DNA from: Octopus vulgaris
Taxonomy: Eukaryota
Direction of reading: 5' to 3'
DNA length: 64,000 nucleotides
Assembly: GCA_951406725.2 (NCBI GenBank)
Contig: OX597832.1
Span: 38,936,001-39,000,000, forward strand
Shown here one piece after another: positions 15,333-29,081 of this stretch. Made by a program: the position numbers and the translations under genes. Below the pieces are notes generated by a model. It did not search any database. It was not told the DNA's origin and saw only the letters and a program-made list of their open reading frames with translations. Numbering within the stretch: the first letter of the stretch is position 1; every line of letters starts with the position of its first letter.

Positions 15333-15666
15333 TAACTTAAAATTGTATGATAGATTGCCGTCAATTCATTCTCTCTTACCTGTTTGTGTCTGCCTTCCAA
15401 TTGCTGTGTTTTTTACTGAGATCTCCCTTTTTAGTAGAAGAAATAGCTATAACCCTTTGACTGCTATTTCTAAATTCGGTATGTGGTAAGGCAATTCGTT
15501 GCTAAACCCTTTATTGCTTAGTATATATATATATACATATATAATTCTTTGCAAGAACCATTTAAGCTCGAAGCAAGCGAAGCTATAAATATTTGAATTG
15601 AAACATTCTTGGATACAATAAGTCTTCTGAAGATAGATAAGTAGACTGACAGACGGATAGACAGAC

Positions 15667-15769
<103 letters not shown>

Positions 15770-16162
15770 TAGCGATTAAGCAAATTTCACAAGTCGACAC
15801 CAGTCTCTGAGAGACGAGGCTCCGACAAAGCATACTGCAGTGGACTATCGCTGGAAAGCATCTGATTGCAAACTGAACTGGTTAATCTGACGGCTATACC
15901 TTATACATATAATGGTTACAAAAATATACAAGTCCCTGACAAACACTGATATATATCTAAGCACATAGATTATGGACTGAACTAATATTGTTAAAACTAT
16001 TTCTATGTTGATAATATTTCACTTGTATTGATCTGCTTACTTTGACCAAAGTTATTCTTTCGTTCTAATCACCATATCTCTCTGTATATCAGCCTTACAT
16101 CAATAAAAGACAAACACAACCTCTGACTCCATATCTCGTTCTTTGCCCCTGCTCTGTCTCTG

Positions 16163-16198
<36 letters not shown>

Positions 16199-16534
16199 TA
16201 CACACACACAAACACACGCAAATACACACACACACACAAACACAAACACAATCACACACACACACAAACACACACACCTCGATGCAAACACATATATGTG
16301 TATGTGTGTATATATGTGTATGTGTGTGTGTGTGTGTGCATTTATTATTTACTTAAACAGCGTAAACAATCTCATCAAAAACATACACATAAACACGAAT
16401 ACAAGACCGCGTATGTAAATACATAGATTTCTACAGACACATACAGACACACACACACACACGTGCCTATGTATGCATATGTACGTGTCATATGTGTATA
16501 TATATATACAGAGGGGAAAGAGATTGTGACTGTC

Positions 16535-16577
<43 letters not shown>

Positions 16578-16661
16578 CATACGTATATATATGCGTGTGT
16601 GTGTTTGTGTGTGTGTGAGTGTGTGTGTGTATGTATATATATATATGTATATTTATATACT

Positions 16662-16735
<74 letters not shown>

Positions 16736-18254
16736 GCATGTATGTATGTACATGTGAAGGCATTGCACTCACGATTGTGAGATCGTGGGTTCGATTTCCA
16801 GACCGGGCATTGCGTTGTTCTTGCGCAAAACACTTCATTTCCCGTTGCTCTCCGATTATTTCGTCATCTGATGTTGCACCTGTTATACCTGTACAGATAC
16901 CTGTCGATTTGATAGAGGGAATGGGCGTATGTGTACACGAACATTTGATGACTATAAACAAATCATCAGTGTGGTTGTTCAGCAAAATAAGCATGGACAT
17001 GGTAGCATATGTAGACTGGCATCATGCTGCCCAATACGGATACATATGTAACAATTGCAATAAGAGAGTATCAAGTAATACTCCGGGCATTTTAAAAATG
17101 TATTCTCTGCTCTTCAATTTTAATATATCTCGGCTCTTTATATTACGGATATGGACCTTTGTGTTCAAGCGACGGTGGGAGTTTTGAGGCGATTGCCATT
17201 AGGGCGGAAACCTATGTACGTCAATTGACGCTAGCTGAGTGTATCTAATCGTTTATATACATACATACATATACACATGCATACATTCATACATACAAAC
17301 ATGCATGCATACATACATGCATACATACATAATACATACATACATATATACATACATACATGCATATATACATACACACATACATAATACATACATACAT
17401 ATATACATACATATATACATAATACATACATAATACATTCATACATAATACATACATACATACATATACATACATACATACATACATACATACATACATA
17501 CATACATTCATGCATACATACATACATACATAAATATATACATAATACATACATACATATATACATACATAATACATACATACATATATACATACATACA
17601 TACATGCATACATACATACATACATACATACATACATACATACATAATACATACATATATACATACATACATAAATAGATAAACAACAAAGGGATAATGT
17701 GTCAAACCACTACAGCTGTTTCAAACGAGTTTTTAACTAATAACAACATTTAAGTCCCTGATTCCGTATCTTTTATAATACACACACACGTTTATGTATG
17801 TATGTATTTATGTATGTATGTATGTATGTACGTATGTATGCATATGCTTACCTGTGTGTTTTCTGTTGTCTCTTAATAATCAGTGTTAAATGAGGTCCAA
17901 CCCAAAGAATCAGTAGCAGGGCCGATGGGATGTATTAAAACATCTAAAGGCTATTCCCCAGCATCATTGCCCTCCTGCAACTGAAATCGATAACACTATA
18001 TCTAGCTGGTCTTGCATTTGCATATACGTCTACGTTTATATGTCTACACATTTCAATGTGTCTGTAGCCGTGAGTGGACAGTACGTGTTGAGACTAACTA
18101 TTACCCCAGTTACACTTCAACTATCATGCGATTTTTTCTTTATTATTTCATATTATTTGATCATAACTTTATAAGTGTGATAAATTGCAAGATAGAGAAT
18201 GATAAAGGCTTCCTTTGAAGTATTCTTGAGAGAAAACATCTTACAAAATCGCAG

Positions 18255-18315
<61 letters not shown>

Positions 18316-18321
18316 AAAGTT

Positions 18322-18384
<63 letters not shown>

Positions 18385-18835
18385 GGAGAGAGAGAGAGAG
18401 AGAGGACTGTGTCTTTTATGTTATGCTTTTTCAACCACTACACTGCGGCCATGCTGCAGCACTGCCTTGGAAAATTTTTAGCCGAACATATATGCGTGTG
18501 TGTGTATGTGTGTGTGGTGGAGGTGAATGTGTGAGTATCGATAAACATACAGGTATACATACAATTATATATACATACACATATGCATACATATTCACAA
18601 AAACACACACATACACTCACACATGAATACGTACGATATAAATCGGTATTCTTGTATAGATTTTAACCTCTGGCTGTCGGCATGGTACCTGCGTGCTGTT
18701 CTTATATTTACGACACACACACAAAAGATTTATATGTATGAATGTGTATGCATATACAGGTATCTATATGTATCTATGTATATATGTATATATAAATATA
18801 TATATATATGTGTGTGTATGAGTGTGTATGTGTGA

Positions 18836-18877
<42 letters not shown>

Positions 18878-18993
18878 GTATATGTATATATATATATATA
18901 TATGCATATATACATATATATATATGTAGATATATGTATATATATATACATATGTATCTACTTATATATATCTACATATACATACATATATCT

Positions 18994-19094
<101 letters not shown>

Positions 19095-19179
19095 TGAGTA
19101 CACATATATATACCTATATTTGTGTGTATATGTCTTTATATATATATATGTGCAAACAAGCGCACGCACACACACGCGT

Positions 19180-19239
<60 letters not shown>

Positions 19240-19739
19240 GCACACACACACACATATATACATATTCTTACATACAGTGAGAGGGAGAGAGGCTGGAGGA
19301 AGAGGAGGAGGAGAGAGGCGTTGTTTCTCATTACGTATTCTTTGGCTACAAGCAACGAGAATGTTAGCCTATGAATATGCATGAAGTGGCGGAATGTATG
19401 TTTGGTTTTGGGTAACTACCTTCTGGTAAACTACACTGTTTTCCTTTGTGATTATAGACAGAGACCTGTGAAGGCCTGTGTGTGTGTGTGTGCGTTTTTA
19501 TTTATATGTGTGTTTGTGTTTAAGTTCCTGTGTGTCTGGGTTGTAAGCACGGCATCGCTTCTCTCAATATTTACATTTTCTGGGAATCACTATCTTGTGA
19601 CACGACTGTACAAGATCTATATTCCCTGAACACTTGAAAGATTTAGTGTTTGCGATACACTCTGCAAACGCACACACTGATTTATGCGCTTACACACACA
19701 CACACACACACACATATAATATATATATATGCATACACC

Positions 19740-20177
<438 letters not shown>

Positions 20178-20391
20178 CGTATGCATATCTACTTCAGACT
20201 ATTGTTTCCTTTGATAATTTATCTTCTCACTATCAGAATCTGCAGTGAGTTGCGAAAATAATGGGAAACGTTAATAAGGGTTTTCGCAGCGAGGCAATAA
20301 AGAACTTGCTAGAAAAAGCATCTAAATTTCACTCAAATAACAGTCTAAGAAAAACACATTGGATGATGTTGACTGGAATATTTTATTATTA

Positions 20392-20425
<34 letters not shown>

Positions 20426-20774
20426 GGTTAGACTGCGGTCATGCTGGAGAACCACCTTGGAAAATGTTCGTCGAAGGAATCCACCCCCAGTACAATCGTT
20501 TTTACTTTCAAAGATTGGTTCTTATTCTCCAGGGGTCGTTTTGCCCAACAGATACACACAGACACGCACGCACACACGCACGCACGCACACACAGACACA
20601 TAAATGGCAATTGACTGCTGGAGCACCGCCTTTTAGTCGGACACATCTTAGTAAGCGTAGTATTTATTTTATCAGTCTCTTATTTCCTAATCGCTAAGTT
20701 ACGTGGACGTAAACACGCTAACGTCAGTTGTGAAGCGATGGTGGGAGACAAACACAGACACACAAACATATATA

Positions 20775-20815
<41 letters not shown>

Positions 20816-20887
20816 ATGCATACATACATATATGTACGAACCTACATCTACATGTATATATACATGCATATATAAATATATATATAT

Positions 20888-21220
20888 GTGAGTACAGGAC
20901 ACCACAAATAGACGTAGAACTCAACGAGAAACGAAAACCTAAAAACAAACACGGAAACGGACTTTTTTTAACAACGAAAAAACAGAGTACAAGACAAACA
21001 ATACAAAGAAAATTCCCCTTCATCAGCTGTCCCTAGTTCGACTCCATGCGTGTTTCGAAGATAAGGACAGAACACGACTCGTCGAATTCTTCCTGCGAAA
21101 GAATTAAATAAAATTCCTTTGCAGAGGGGTAAAAACAAGGAAAGAAAAAAATGTGACAAAAACAGGACGTAAAAACAATACAAATAAAAAAAACAAATAC
21201 AAAATTCTGTTCTCCAAGTA

Positions 21221-21225
<5 letters not shown>
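20888..21225 (-). mobile_element. Penelope-like non-coding repeat fragment
   Basis: Its end gagtacaggacaccac is also seen (reverse complement) at ~30585 and ~31333. Lies in (TA)n and carries GAAAC and CTGATGA boxes at 21015-21060. Confidence 0.5.
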
Positions 21226-21256
<31 letters not shown>

Positions 21257-21474
21257 TAAAAACGGTATGATAACAAAAGAAAGAAAGAGACCTCAATATT
21301 ATGTAAATAGAGGAATTTATCTGTAAAATAATATGATAATATCTGACAATTATTCGGTAGCCAAGATATATATAAAGTTAATCCAAACCAGAAGGCACAA
21401 AAAAACACAACAACGCGAGGACGTGGAACAAATATAGTATTATTGGACGCTCAGGAAAGAAGGAAAGAAGGAGG

Positions 21475-21507
21475 GTTTAACGTTTCGAGCGGAGCTCTTC
21501 GTCAGAA

Positions 21508-21508
<1 letters not shown>
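21475..21508 (-). ncRNA. Minimal hammerhead motif with palindromic stem III (dimer-type)
   Basis: TTT-CTGACGA-a-GAGC tcc GCTC-GAAA-CG-TT-AAA, inside a repeat (21377-21509) flanked by (TA)n. Confidence 0.7.
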
Positions 21509-21541
<33 letters not shown>

Positions 21542-21577
21542 TGATATATAGATATATATACATATTTATATAATATT

Positions 21578-21636
<59 letters not shown>

Positions 21637-21777
21637 ATATAGAGGGCATTATACATACATGCCAGAGGGCATTATACATACATGCCACACGCTAAGAGGG
21701 ACAATTAGTCATTTCTACCAAAAATATTACTAATCCCACCGAATGCAATTTTTCAAAGTAAGACATTTAAAAAATAT

Positions 21778-21824
21778 AGACCTGTATCACAGTGATTTCA
21801 TACTTACGTATTCATCAGCAGCCT
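21778..21824 (-). ncRNA. Type I hammerhead ribozyme motif (inverted copy)
   Basis: Minus strand reads aggCTG-CTGATGA-ATACgtaaGTAT-GAAA-TCACtGTGA-TA-CAGgtct. Confidence 0.8.
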
Positions 21825-21870
21825 GGATGTATCATACATAAACGACCCTGCCTTTATGTATGATACATCC

Positions 21871-21918
21871 AGAACTGCTGATGAATACGTAAGTATGAAA
21901 TCACTGTGATACAGGTCT
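21871..21918 (+). ncRNA. Type I hammerhead ribozyme motif
   Basis: AGAaCTG-CTGATGA-ATAC gtaa GTAT-GAAA-TCAC t GTGA-TA-CAGgTCT. AUA site at 21909-21911. Confidence 0.85.
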
Positions 21919-22428
21919 ATATTTTTAAATGTCTTACTTTGAAAAATTGCATTCGGTGGGATTAGTAATATTTTGGTAGAAATGACTAATTGTCCCTCTT
22001 AGCGTGTGGCATGTATGTATAATGCCCTCTGTATGTATGTATAATGCCCTCTATATATAAATTAATATGTTCAATAAGAAATAATTATTTTCGAAATTTT
22101 TTTCTCTTATGAGGTTTTCACGCTATCTACCTGACAATTTCTTGTTAAGTTTTCCTTATTAAGTAGTTGTCCTTAATTGCTATATATATATATATATATA
22201 CACGACAGGTTTCTATATTTTGTTACGGTTGCTCTGTTTCTCTTGTTTTTGTTGATGTGAACAACCTCGTCGTTACATTTGCTTTTAGCTTCTTGCTATT
22301 CTTGTTTCTGTTTTTACTGTAAATATTGCTGTCTCTATTTTCATGTTGTTGTTGTTCATCTGCTTTTATTGATTATTATTTTGCCTCAGTGTTAAGAACA
22401 CAGACAGAATGCAAGTGTAACGTCTCAC

Positions 22429-22522
22429 CTGAAAATCCCGGTTTACACACACATTTGAAAGTTTCTCCAACATCGATACATTTGGTAGCGTTAAGTATCA
22501 TGGGTTTATTGGCTGTGGATAC
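22429..22522 (-). CDS. Internal exon (phase 0-1, 94 nt), EGF module with aberrant N-terminal 9 codons
   Basis: gctgtcag|GTA TCC...TTT TCA G|gtgaga. Translation is VSTANKPMILNATKCIDVGETFKCVCKPGFS(G). The 3' part is clearly EGF, and length and phase fit after CEIK, but Cys1 and Cys2 are missing. The acceptor is uncertain: a stronger AG would start the exon at 22542 (phase 1, 114 nt). Confidence 0.7.
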
Positions 22523-22729
22523 CTGACAGCTAAATAACGTACCTAGAACACAAAAGTCTAAAGAATAAATCGTTAATTATGTGGCAATTAATATATGAAA
22601 TATATCATTTAATTATTAATACATATTTAATAATTAAAACAGTGTTGAAAAACATACTATGAAGTTAGTGTTAAAATACTTCATAATTTAGTTTGTATTT
22701 ATAGAAGATACAGAGATTGATAGATAAAT

Positions 22730-22763
<34 letters not shown>

Positions 22764-22765
22764 GC

Positions 22766-22808
<43 letters not shown>

Positions 22809-22821
22809 TAGATAAACAAAC

Positions 22822-22904
<83 letters not shown>

Positions 22905-22905
22905 C

Positions 22906-22989
<84 letters not shown>

Positions 22990-23084
22990 GCTAAATTCAT
23001 TGATAGATATATATGAGAAAAATATATATATCATTTGGAGTAGTCGAATAACAAAGTTTAACTAGTTTTGTTGAAGAATTTATA

Positions 23085-23562
<478 letters not shown>

Positions 23563-23642
23563 GCCTATGAAACCACTTCTGTGAAGGGCACACAATCACA
23601 ACACCCTCCACATCACTGACTATAAATTCCCGACTTAGAAAA

Positions 23643-23945
23643 CAGTTTCATCCAAGCCACAAATAATACTATAAATGTTTTAACCAAACCACAATTAAAG
23701 TTTTTTACTCGAATCCTCCAAATTTTAAACAAATTATTACTTCAAATATTCACGAAGTATACTAAACTAGCAAAATACAACCAAAAGCCGTAATTACCCT
23801 TATATCGATAGTTGTCCACTCAACAATAAGTGTCAAGCGTTGTACATACTTTACAAATGTACTGTTATCACTAATTGTTCATACGGAACCTATATCAGTA
23901 TGCCATCCGACTGCCTCTAGGCGCTGGTACAATTCTTAAATCTTT
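23643..23945 (+). mobile_element. Penelope-like element GIY-YIG endonuclease remnant
   Basis: Manual translation gives QFHPSHK*YYKCFNQTTIKVFYSNPPNFKQIITS ... SCPLNNKCQALYILYKCTVITNCSYGTYIS ... RRWYN. This matches the Cys linker plus GIY...YIG...R pattern of Penelope-like elements, with stops and frameshifts. Confidence 0.7.
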
Positions 23946-24394
23946 CATTTCAGACAATCCGTGATATTTAACCAAATAACTTTAGTTAATTATATTGAAA
24001 TCCTAAAACGCTACATGAAATGCGTATTTAATATAATACCAGAAACCATACTGGTAATCCTATTATTACTATGAATATCATTTGCGTTAAGAAATTTGTG
24101 TCTTAATTTTATTAACATACTTTTCTTATCAACAATTTTTAAATTATTGTTATTACGTTAATATTTTCAATATTATTGTATTATCATTATCGTCCTTATT
24201 ATTAATATTAATATCTTTACCACTATTAATGACAGTGAGCTGGCAGAATCGTTAGCACGCTGGTCAAAATGCTTCGGGGCATTTCGTCCCTCTCTACGTT
24301 CTGTGTTCAAATTCGACCGAGGTCAACATTAAGATTCATCGTTTCGGGGTTGATAAAATAAGTACCAGTCATGAACAGGGGTCGATGTAAAGAT

Positions 24395-24540
24395 AGAGCA
24401 TCTTCAAAACTCAACATTGCTTGGAATAGCAAAGGTCCTCCGCTAGGTTTCGAAGCATGATCAGTATATAAGTATCACCCTGGTTTATTGGCTGTGGATA
24501 CCTGACACTACATCGTACCTAGCAAAATAAAGCTAAGAAT
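24395..24540 (-). pseudogene. Decayed duplicate (pseudo-exon) of the 22429-22560 exon and acceptor region
   Basis: 26-nt identity (22503-22528 = 24482-24507) and a similar acceptor (tttgctag GTACG). Weaker downstream similarity: ATGCTTCGA vs ATGTATCGA, GGAGGACCTTT vs GGAGAAACTTT. Stops are present in the EGF frame. Confidence 0.55.
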
Positions 24541-24615
24541 TTTTTCATGATATAAGTATAAAAACAGTAATCATTATCATTATTATTATCATTATTATTA
24601 TTATTAACTATTAAC

Positions 24616-24694
<79 letters not shown>

Positions 24695-24970
24695 TTATGT
24701 TTGGCTTTTGCTTTCCATTTGTACAAGTTGGCTCCAAGTCTCACCCAGAGACCTTAAGAGACAAGTTGGAAGTTCATGTTGGTGTTATGCCTAGGGTGCC
24801 ATTATTTGGTTTTGTACATATCGTTGTTGTAAGAGAATATTTAAGACACCATTAGAAAATTATGTTTGTTTTAAAACTTGAGGTTACATAGAAAGTATTT
24901 TGCAAAGGATATGAGCAGTTCCCATAAGCACAATCTTTTGAACTTCTGCCATTTTGGGGGTTCCTGGTAT

Positions 24971-24971
<1 letters not shown>
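24695..24971 (-). mobile_element. Short 3' fragment of the R4/Dong-like LINE
   Basis: PGTPKMAEVQKIVLMGTAHILCKILSM* plus 3' UTR, embedded in (TAA)n/(CAT)n. Confidence 0.85.
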
Positions 24972-25053
<82 letters not shown>

Positions 25054-25073
25054 TATTATCATTATTATTATCA

Positions 25074-25131
<58 letters not shown>

Positions 25132-25132
<1 letters not shown>

Positions 25133-25878
25133 GAGTGAGAGAGCAGTGCATGCCATTAAAGTGACACTGGGGTAAAATATACGAAGTCCAGTATACCCAT
25201 CATGACTACCCATCTGATAAGGGTACACCAGGCTCATGCATCACAACCATATGTGCGCGACATGATGATCTCACATCAAGATAAACAGCGCATGACCTTG
25301 CAGGTGGGGCCCAGTAGCCCATCCCGCTCAAAAGATCCCTGAATAATGATTGTTTAAGGATGTTGAACGAACCACCTATATTATTATTATTATTGAGTGA
25401 GAGAGCAGTTCATGCCATCAAAGTGACACTGGGGTAAAATATACGAAGCCCAATATACCCATCATGACTACCCGTCTGATAAAGGTACACCAGGCACATG
25501 CATCACAACCATATGTGCGCGACATGGTGATCTCATATCAAGATAAACAGCACATGACCTTGCAGGTGGGGCCCAGTTAGAATTTTCTTCAGGTTGAGTA
25601 GCCCATCCCGCTCAAACGGTCCCTGAATAAGGGTTGTTTAAGGATGTTGAAAGAAACACCCATGTTTCCAGAGGTGAATTATTCAAACCCCAAAGAATCC
25701 TTCTCAACACATGGCTATGATGCTCCCCCACTACTTCTGCTCGTGATCAGAGATGCACATATCGTCAACCACCAAGGGACATGCTCAACTGGTTAAGGTC
25801 AAACAACTGACAAGCAAATCTGTGTTATTGAGCAGAATATTTGCTGTAGCCCATCTTTTATACCAAGACAAAACAATG

Positions 25879-25880
<2 letters not shown>
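25132..25880 (-). mobile_element. Two adjacent copies of a (TAA)n-anchored retroposon 3' end
   Basis: Each copy starts (plus strand) tattgagtgagagagcag..catgccat(c/t)aaagtgacactgggg at a (TTA)n tract and is variably truncated at the other end. Strand inferred from the tail. Confidence 0.75.
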
Positions 25881-25937
<57 letters not shown>

Positions 25938-25954
25938 CATTATTATTATTATTA

Positions 25955-26005
<51 letters not shown>

Positions 26006-26213
26006 CATTGTTGTTGAATGATATCTAATTTAATAATAATAACGTCAAAATCTGGGTGAAGAAGAATGTATACATCAGCACATGCTATCTGTGTTTACAT
26101 CCCTAGAAATACTCAGTGAAGCTTAGTAATACTTATATTCACTTCACTTGCGACTTGTATTGTGTTCTGTAAACGATTTTAAGTGTGTGTGTGTGTGTGT
26201 TATTGTGAGCCTC

Positions 26214-26251
<38 letters not shown>

Positions 26252-26879
26252 CATACATACATACATACATACATACATACATACATACATACATACCGAT
26301 TTATGTATATATATACATACACATGCACACTCACATATTATACATATACATTGACAGAGCCAGTTTGACTTTATGCACATTTGATTAAATAAAATTGTTT
26401 GCTAATATTTCCATAACCAATTTAACAGTTTAATGTTAAGTCATTCATATTTTCTTACGGTTGAGGAAGGCGAGAAGCGGTGGAGACGATGATCTATCAG
26501 TGTGTATCGTAGGAAGAATTGTGTGACGTTTTGGGTAATTCTGTAGACACTAATAATGTGAAGATAAGATTATTGTCTTAAATTAGACATTTTCCAGTGA
26601 ATTATATTTCAGAGAATAAAACATTTAATCAACCTTAAATTGTTTGAGATATAGTTGAAAGATTATCGATTTGTTTTCAATTGAGTAAATATCGATATTT
26701 CCGTGAGGAGAAACATATAAATGGCGAATAAATTCTCGCCTAGCTCTAACTCCATCGCTTACACTAACTCGATAAATCATATTACTCCATCTGAAGTTGA
26801 ACCTTGATATTGTTATTGGGAGAGGAAGGCAATATATTCTTGAGTTTTTATCTGTATTTTGCAATATTTTATACTTATA

Positions 26880-27057
26880 GGCGTAGGAGTGGCTGGCTAT
26901 GTGGTAAGAAGCTTGCTTACCAACCACATGGTTCCGGGTTCAGTCCCACTTTGTGGCACCTTGGGCAAGTGTCTTCCACTATAGCCTCGGGCTGAACAAA
27001 GCCTTGTGAGTGGATTTGGTTGACGGAAACTGAAAGAAGCTCGTCGTACATATGTAT

Positions 27058-27088
<31 letters not shown>

Positions 27089-27111
27089 AATATACACAAA
27101 CACATACACAC

Positions 27112-27147
<36 letters not shown>

Positions 27148-27377
27148 GTACATGTGTGTATGTGTTTGTGTGTCTGTGTGTGTCCCTCCAACATTGCTTG
27201 ACAACCGATGCTGGTGTGTTTACGTGCCCGTAACATAGCGGTTCGGCAAAAGAGACCGATAGAATAAGTACTAGGCTTACAAAAAATAGGTCCTGGGGTC
27301 GATTTTCTCGACTAAAGGCGGTGCTCCAGCACAGCCACAGTCAAATGACTGAAACAAGTAAAAGAGTAAAAGAGTAT
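26880..27377 (+). mobile_element. Second tRNA-derived SINE family with internal (TA)n/(TG)n tract
   Basis: ggcgtaggagtggctggctatgtggtaag...ggttcagtcccac...ccttgggcaagtgtc with tail gtaaaagagtaaaagagta. Related copies at ~4230-4672(-), 10950-11750, 11778-12183, 32138-32420(-) and 58925-59075(-). Confidence 0.85.
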
Positions 27378-27804
27378 GTATCAACGTCGGAGTCCATAGC
27401 AGGCGTGGCTGTGCGGTAACAAGTTTGCTTCACAATCATATGTTCTGCGTTCAATCCCACTGCGTCGTGCATTGAACAAGGGTTTTCTACTACATCCTCT
27501 GACCGAAAAACCCTTATGTGCGTGTAGTGAAGGCGCCTGACTTAATGGTTAGCGTGTTGAACTCATGCTCGTGAGATGGGTTTTCGATTCCTGGACCGGG
27601 TGACGCGTTATGATCTTGAGCAAAACACTTCATTTTACATTGCTCCACGCCAATCAGCTGGCAGAAACGACTAATCCTGCAACGGATCGGTGTCCCGTCC
27701 AGGTGGGGAATTTATCAATCAGTATGACTCGAAAAGTTGCCATTACTTTTTTATGTGTGTGAGTCTGGTGTGGTGGTGGTGGTGGTGGTGGAATTGAAAT
27801 TTTT

Positions 27805-28149
27805 ACCATTAAGAATATTCTGCAGAGACCTGAATAACTGGAAATCCGAAGGAGCAATATGTGGTGAATATGGAGGGTGGGGTAACACATCCCAACCGAG
27901 CTGCAGCAATTTTTGTCTCGTTCCCAAAGCATCAAGTGCCGAAAATGAAATTTCTTATCTTCCATTTTAAAGGATTACTGAATTAACATAGGTTATAGGA
28001 ACATAAACCTTCTTCGACGAAAAGATAGCTTAATCTGTGCTCCAAATGGAGGTGTAGTCAAATCCTATTTTATGGACTCAGCCATGTTCTAAAATAATTC
28101 GAAAGGTAAGCTACTATAAATCGGCACGAACTTTCCGGACAACCCAATA
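27805..28149 (-). mobile_element. mariner 5' end remnant with internal deletion
   Basis: Same terminal repeat (gaactttccggacaacccaata). MEDKKFHFRHLMLWE start is joined to a WDVLPHPPYSPHIAPSDF segment. Confidence 0.75.
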
Positions 28150-28399
28150 CAATTATAAAATCTTGTGTTAAATGCTCGCGAGTGTTGTTAGTTATGTCTT
28201 CATGCAGCCTGAGAAATACATTTTCAGTCACTAAATCTACTAGTCATCACATCATACCAGCAAACACACTACAACTCACGACGTTGATATATGTACGACA
28301 GAAGGATTAAAAAAGCTTGAAGGTCATCTAAAAATTATCGAAGAAGTTAAGATTAAGAAAGCTTCCTATTAAAACTAGGAAAGGATCATTGCATTACGT

Positions 28400-28862
28400 G
28401 CAGTTCACAATATTTTATGAATTTCAAACATAGATATTTACAAAACTACTGACAAATACTTCACAAGTCTAAGACTTTTGTGAATATCATGGACAAAACT
28501 TGAAATTAGTGATGAAGCAGTTAGAACGGAGAACAAAAAATAATCTGGTAATTTAATTAGACGCTATCAAAGAGAGAAAACTAAAATAGTTTGGACATTT
28601 AATTAGTAAAAATGGTTTATAGAAACTGTTAATAGAAGGGAAAATGAATGGGGGAGAAAGAGGAGGAAAACAAGCAGTACGTGGTTGCGGAATATCAAGA
28701 GTAGGGTAGATTTACAATAGAGTAATGTATAAGAACGGCGCCAAGGAGACGGTGAAGGTGATGGCGATGATGATGACGATGACGACGATGGTAGCGACAG
28801 TGAAGACGGCGTTATTATTGCTGATGACGACGAAGATTTGGTGGTAATGATGATGATGATGA
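28400..28862 (+). mobile_element. Decayed RTE-like LINE 3' end with (GAT)n tail
   Basis: tttggacatttaatt...ttaatagaagggaaaatgaatggg translates as FGHLI...LLIEGKMNG, typical of RTE C-termini. Confidence 0.55.
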
Positions 28863-29021
28863 TCAGTTAATTATGATTCTACTTTCCTTTCAGATTCACA
28901 GACTCATTACAGCAGGCTTTCAGATTTGTCAAGCCCTGGAAAAGAACTCAGATGGTTGGGCCCCCAATCAGGTTTTTTCATGATCCCTTTAAAGAACTTT
29001 GTAGCACCTCCTCGTATATAA

Positions 29022-29080
<59 letters not shown>

Positions 29081-29081
29081 T

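Larger units (their letters stand above)
14213..15521. mobile_element. Non-coding Penelope/retrozyme-like array: one inverted unit plus two tandem direct units of a ~600-nt monomer
   Basis: 14213-14739 is the reverse complement of sequence in 14772-15521. The junction tagcatcttgttttggctacacgcggg recurs at ~14736 and ~15059. The first direct unit has an internal deletion that removes the ribozyme. Flanked by (TA)n. The identical 60-aa ORFs on opposite strands in the track confirm the inversion. Confidence 0.8.
21629..22064. repeat. Near-perfect foldback (~210-bp arms, 10-nt loop), Penelope-like terminal structure in (TA)n
   Basis: Arms meet at aaa-cgaccctgcc-ttt (21840-21855). Both arms carry a duplicated agagggcattatacatacat. 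The right arm continues unpaired to ~22180, then (TA)n. Confidence 0.9.

Noticed and set aside
14345-15489. Identical 60-aa ORFs on opposite strands
   Set aside because: By-product of the inverted repeat. They have a TTG start and no recognisable domain.
22489-22522. U12-type intron signals (GTATCC, CTTAAC)
   Set aside because: The 5' site lacks the TT of RTATCCTT, the spacing is far too short, and CTT AAC encodes the expected Leu-Asn.
24414-24440. Minus-strand peptide EDLCYSKQC as the missing first half of the 22429 EGF module
   Set aside because: It is followed by TGA, has no good splice sites, and the DNA aligns better to the GETF part of the exon in another frame. Probably coincidence, though RNA-seq should check it.
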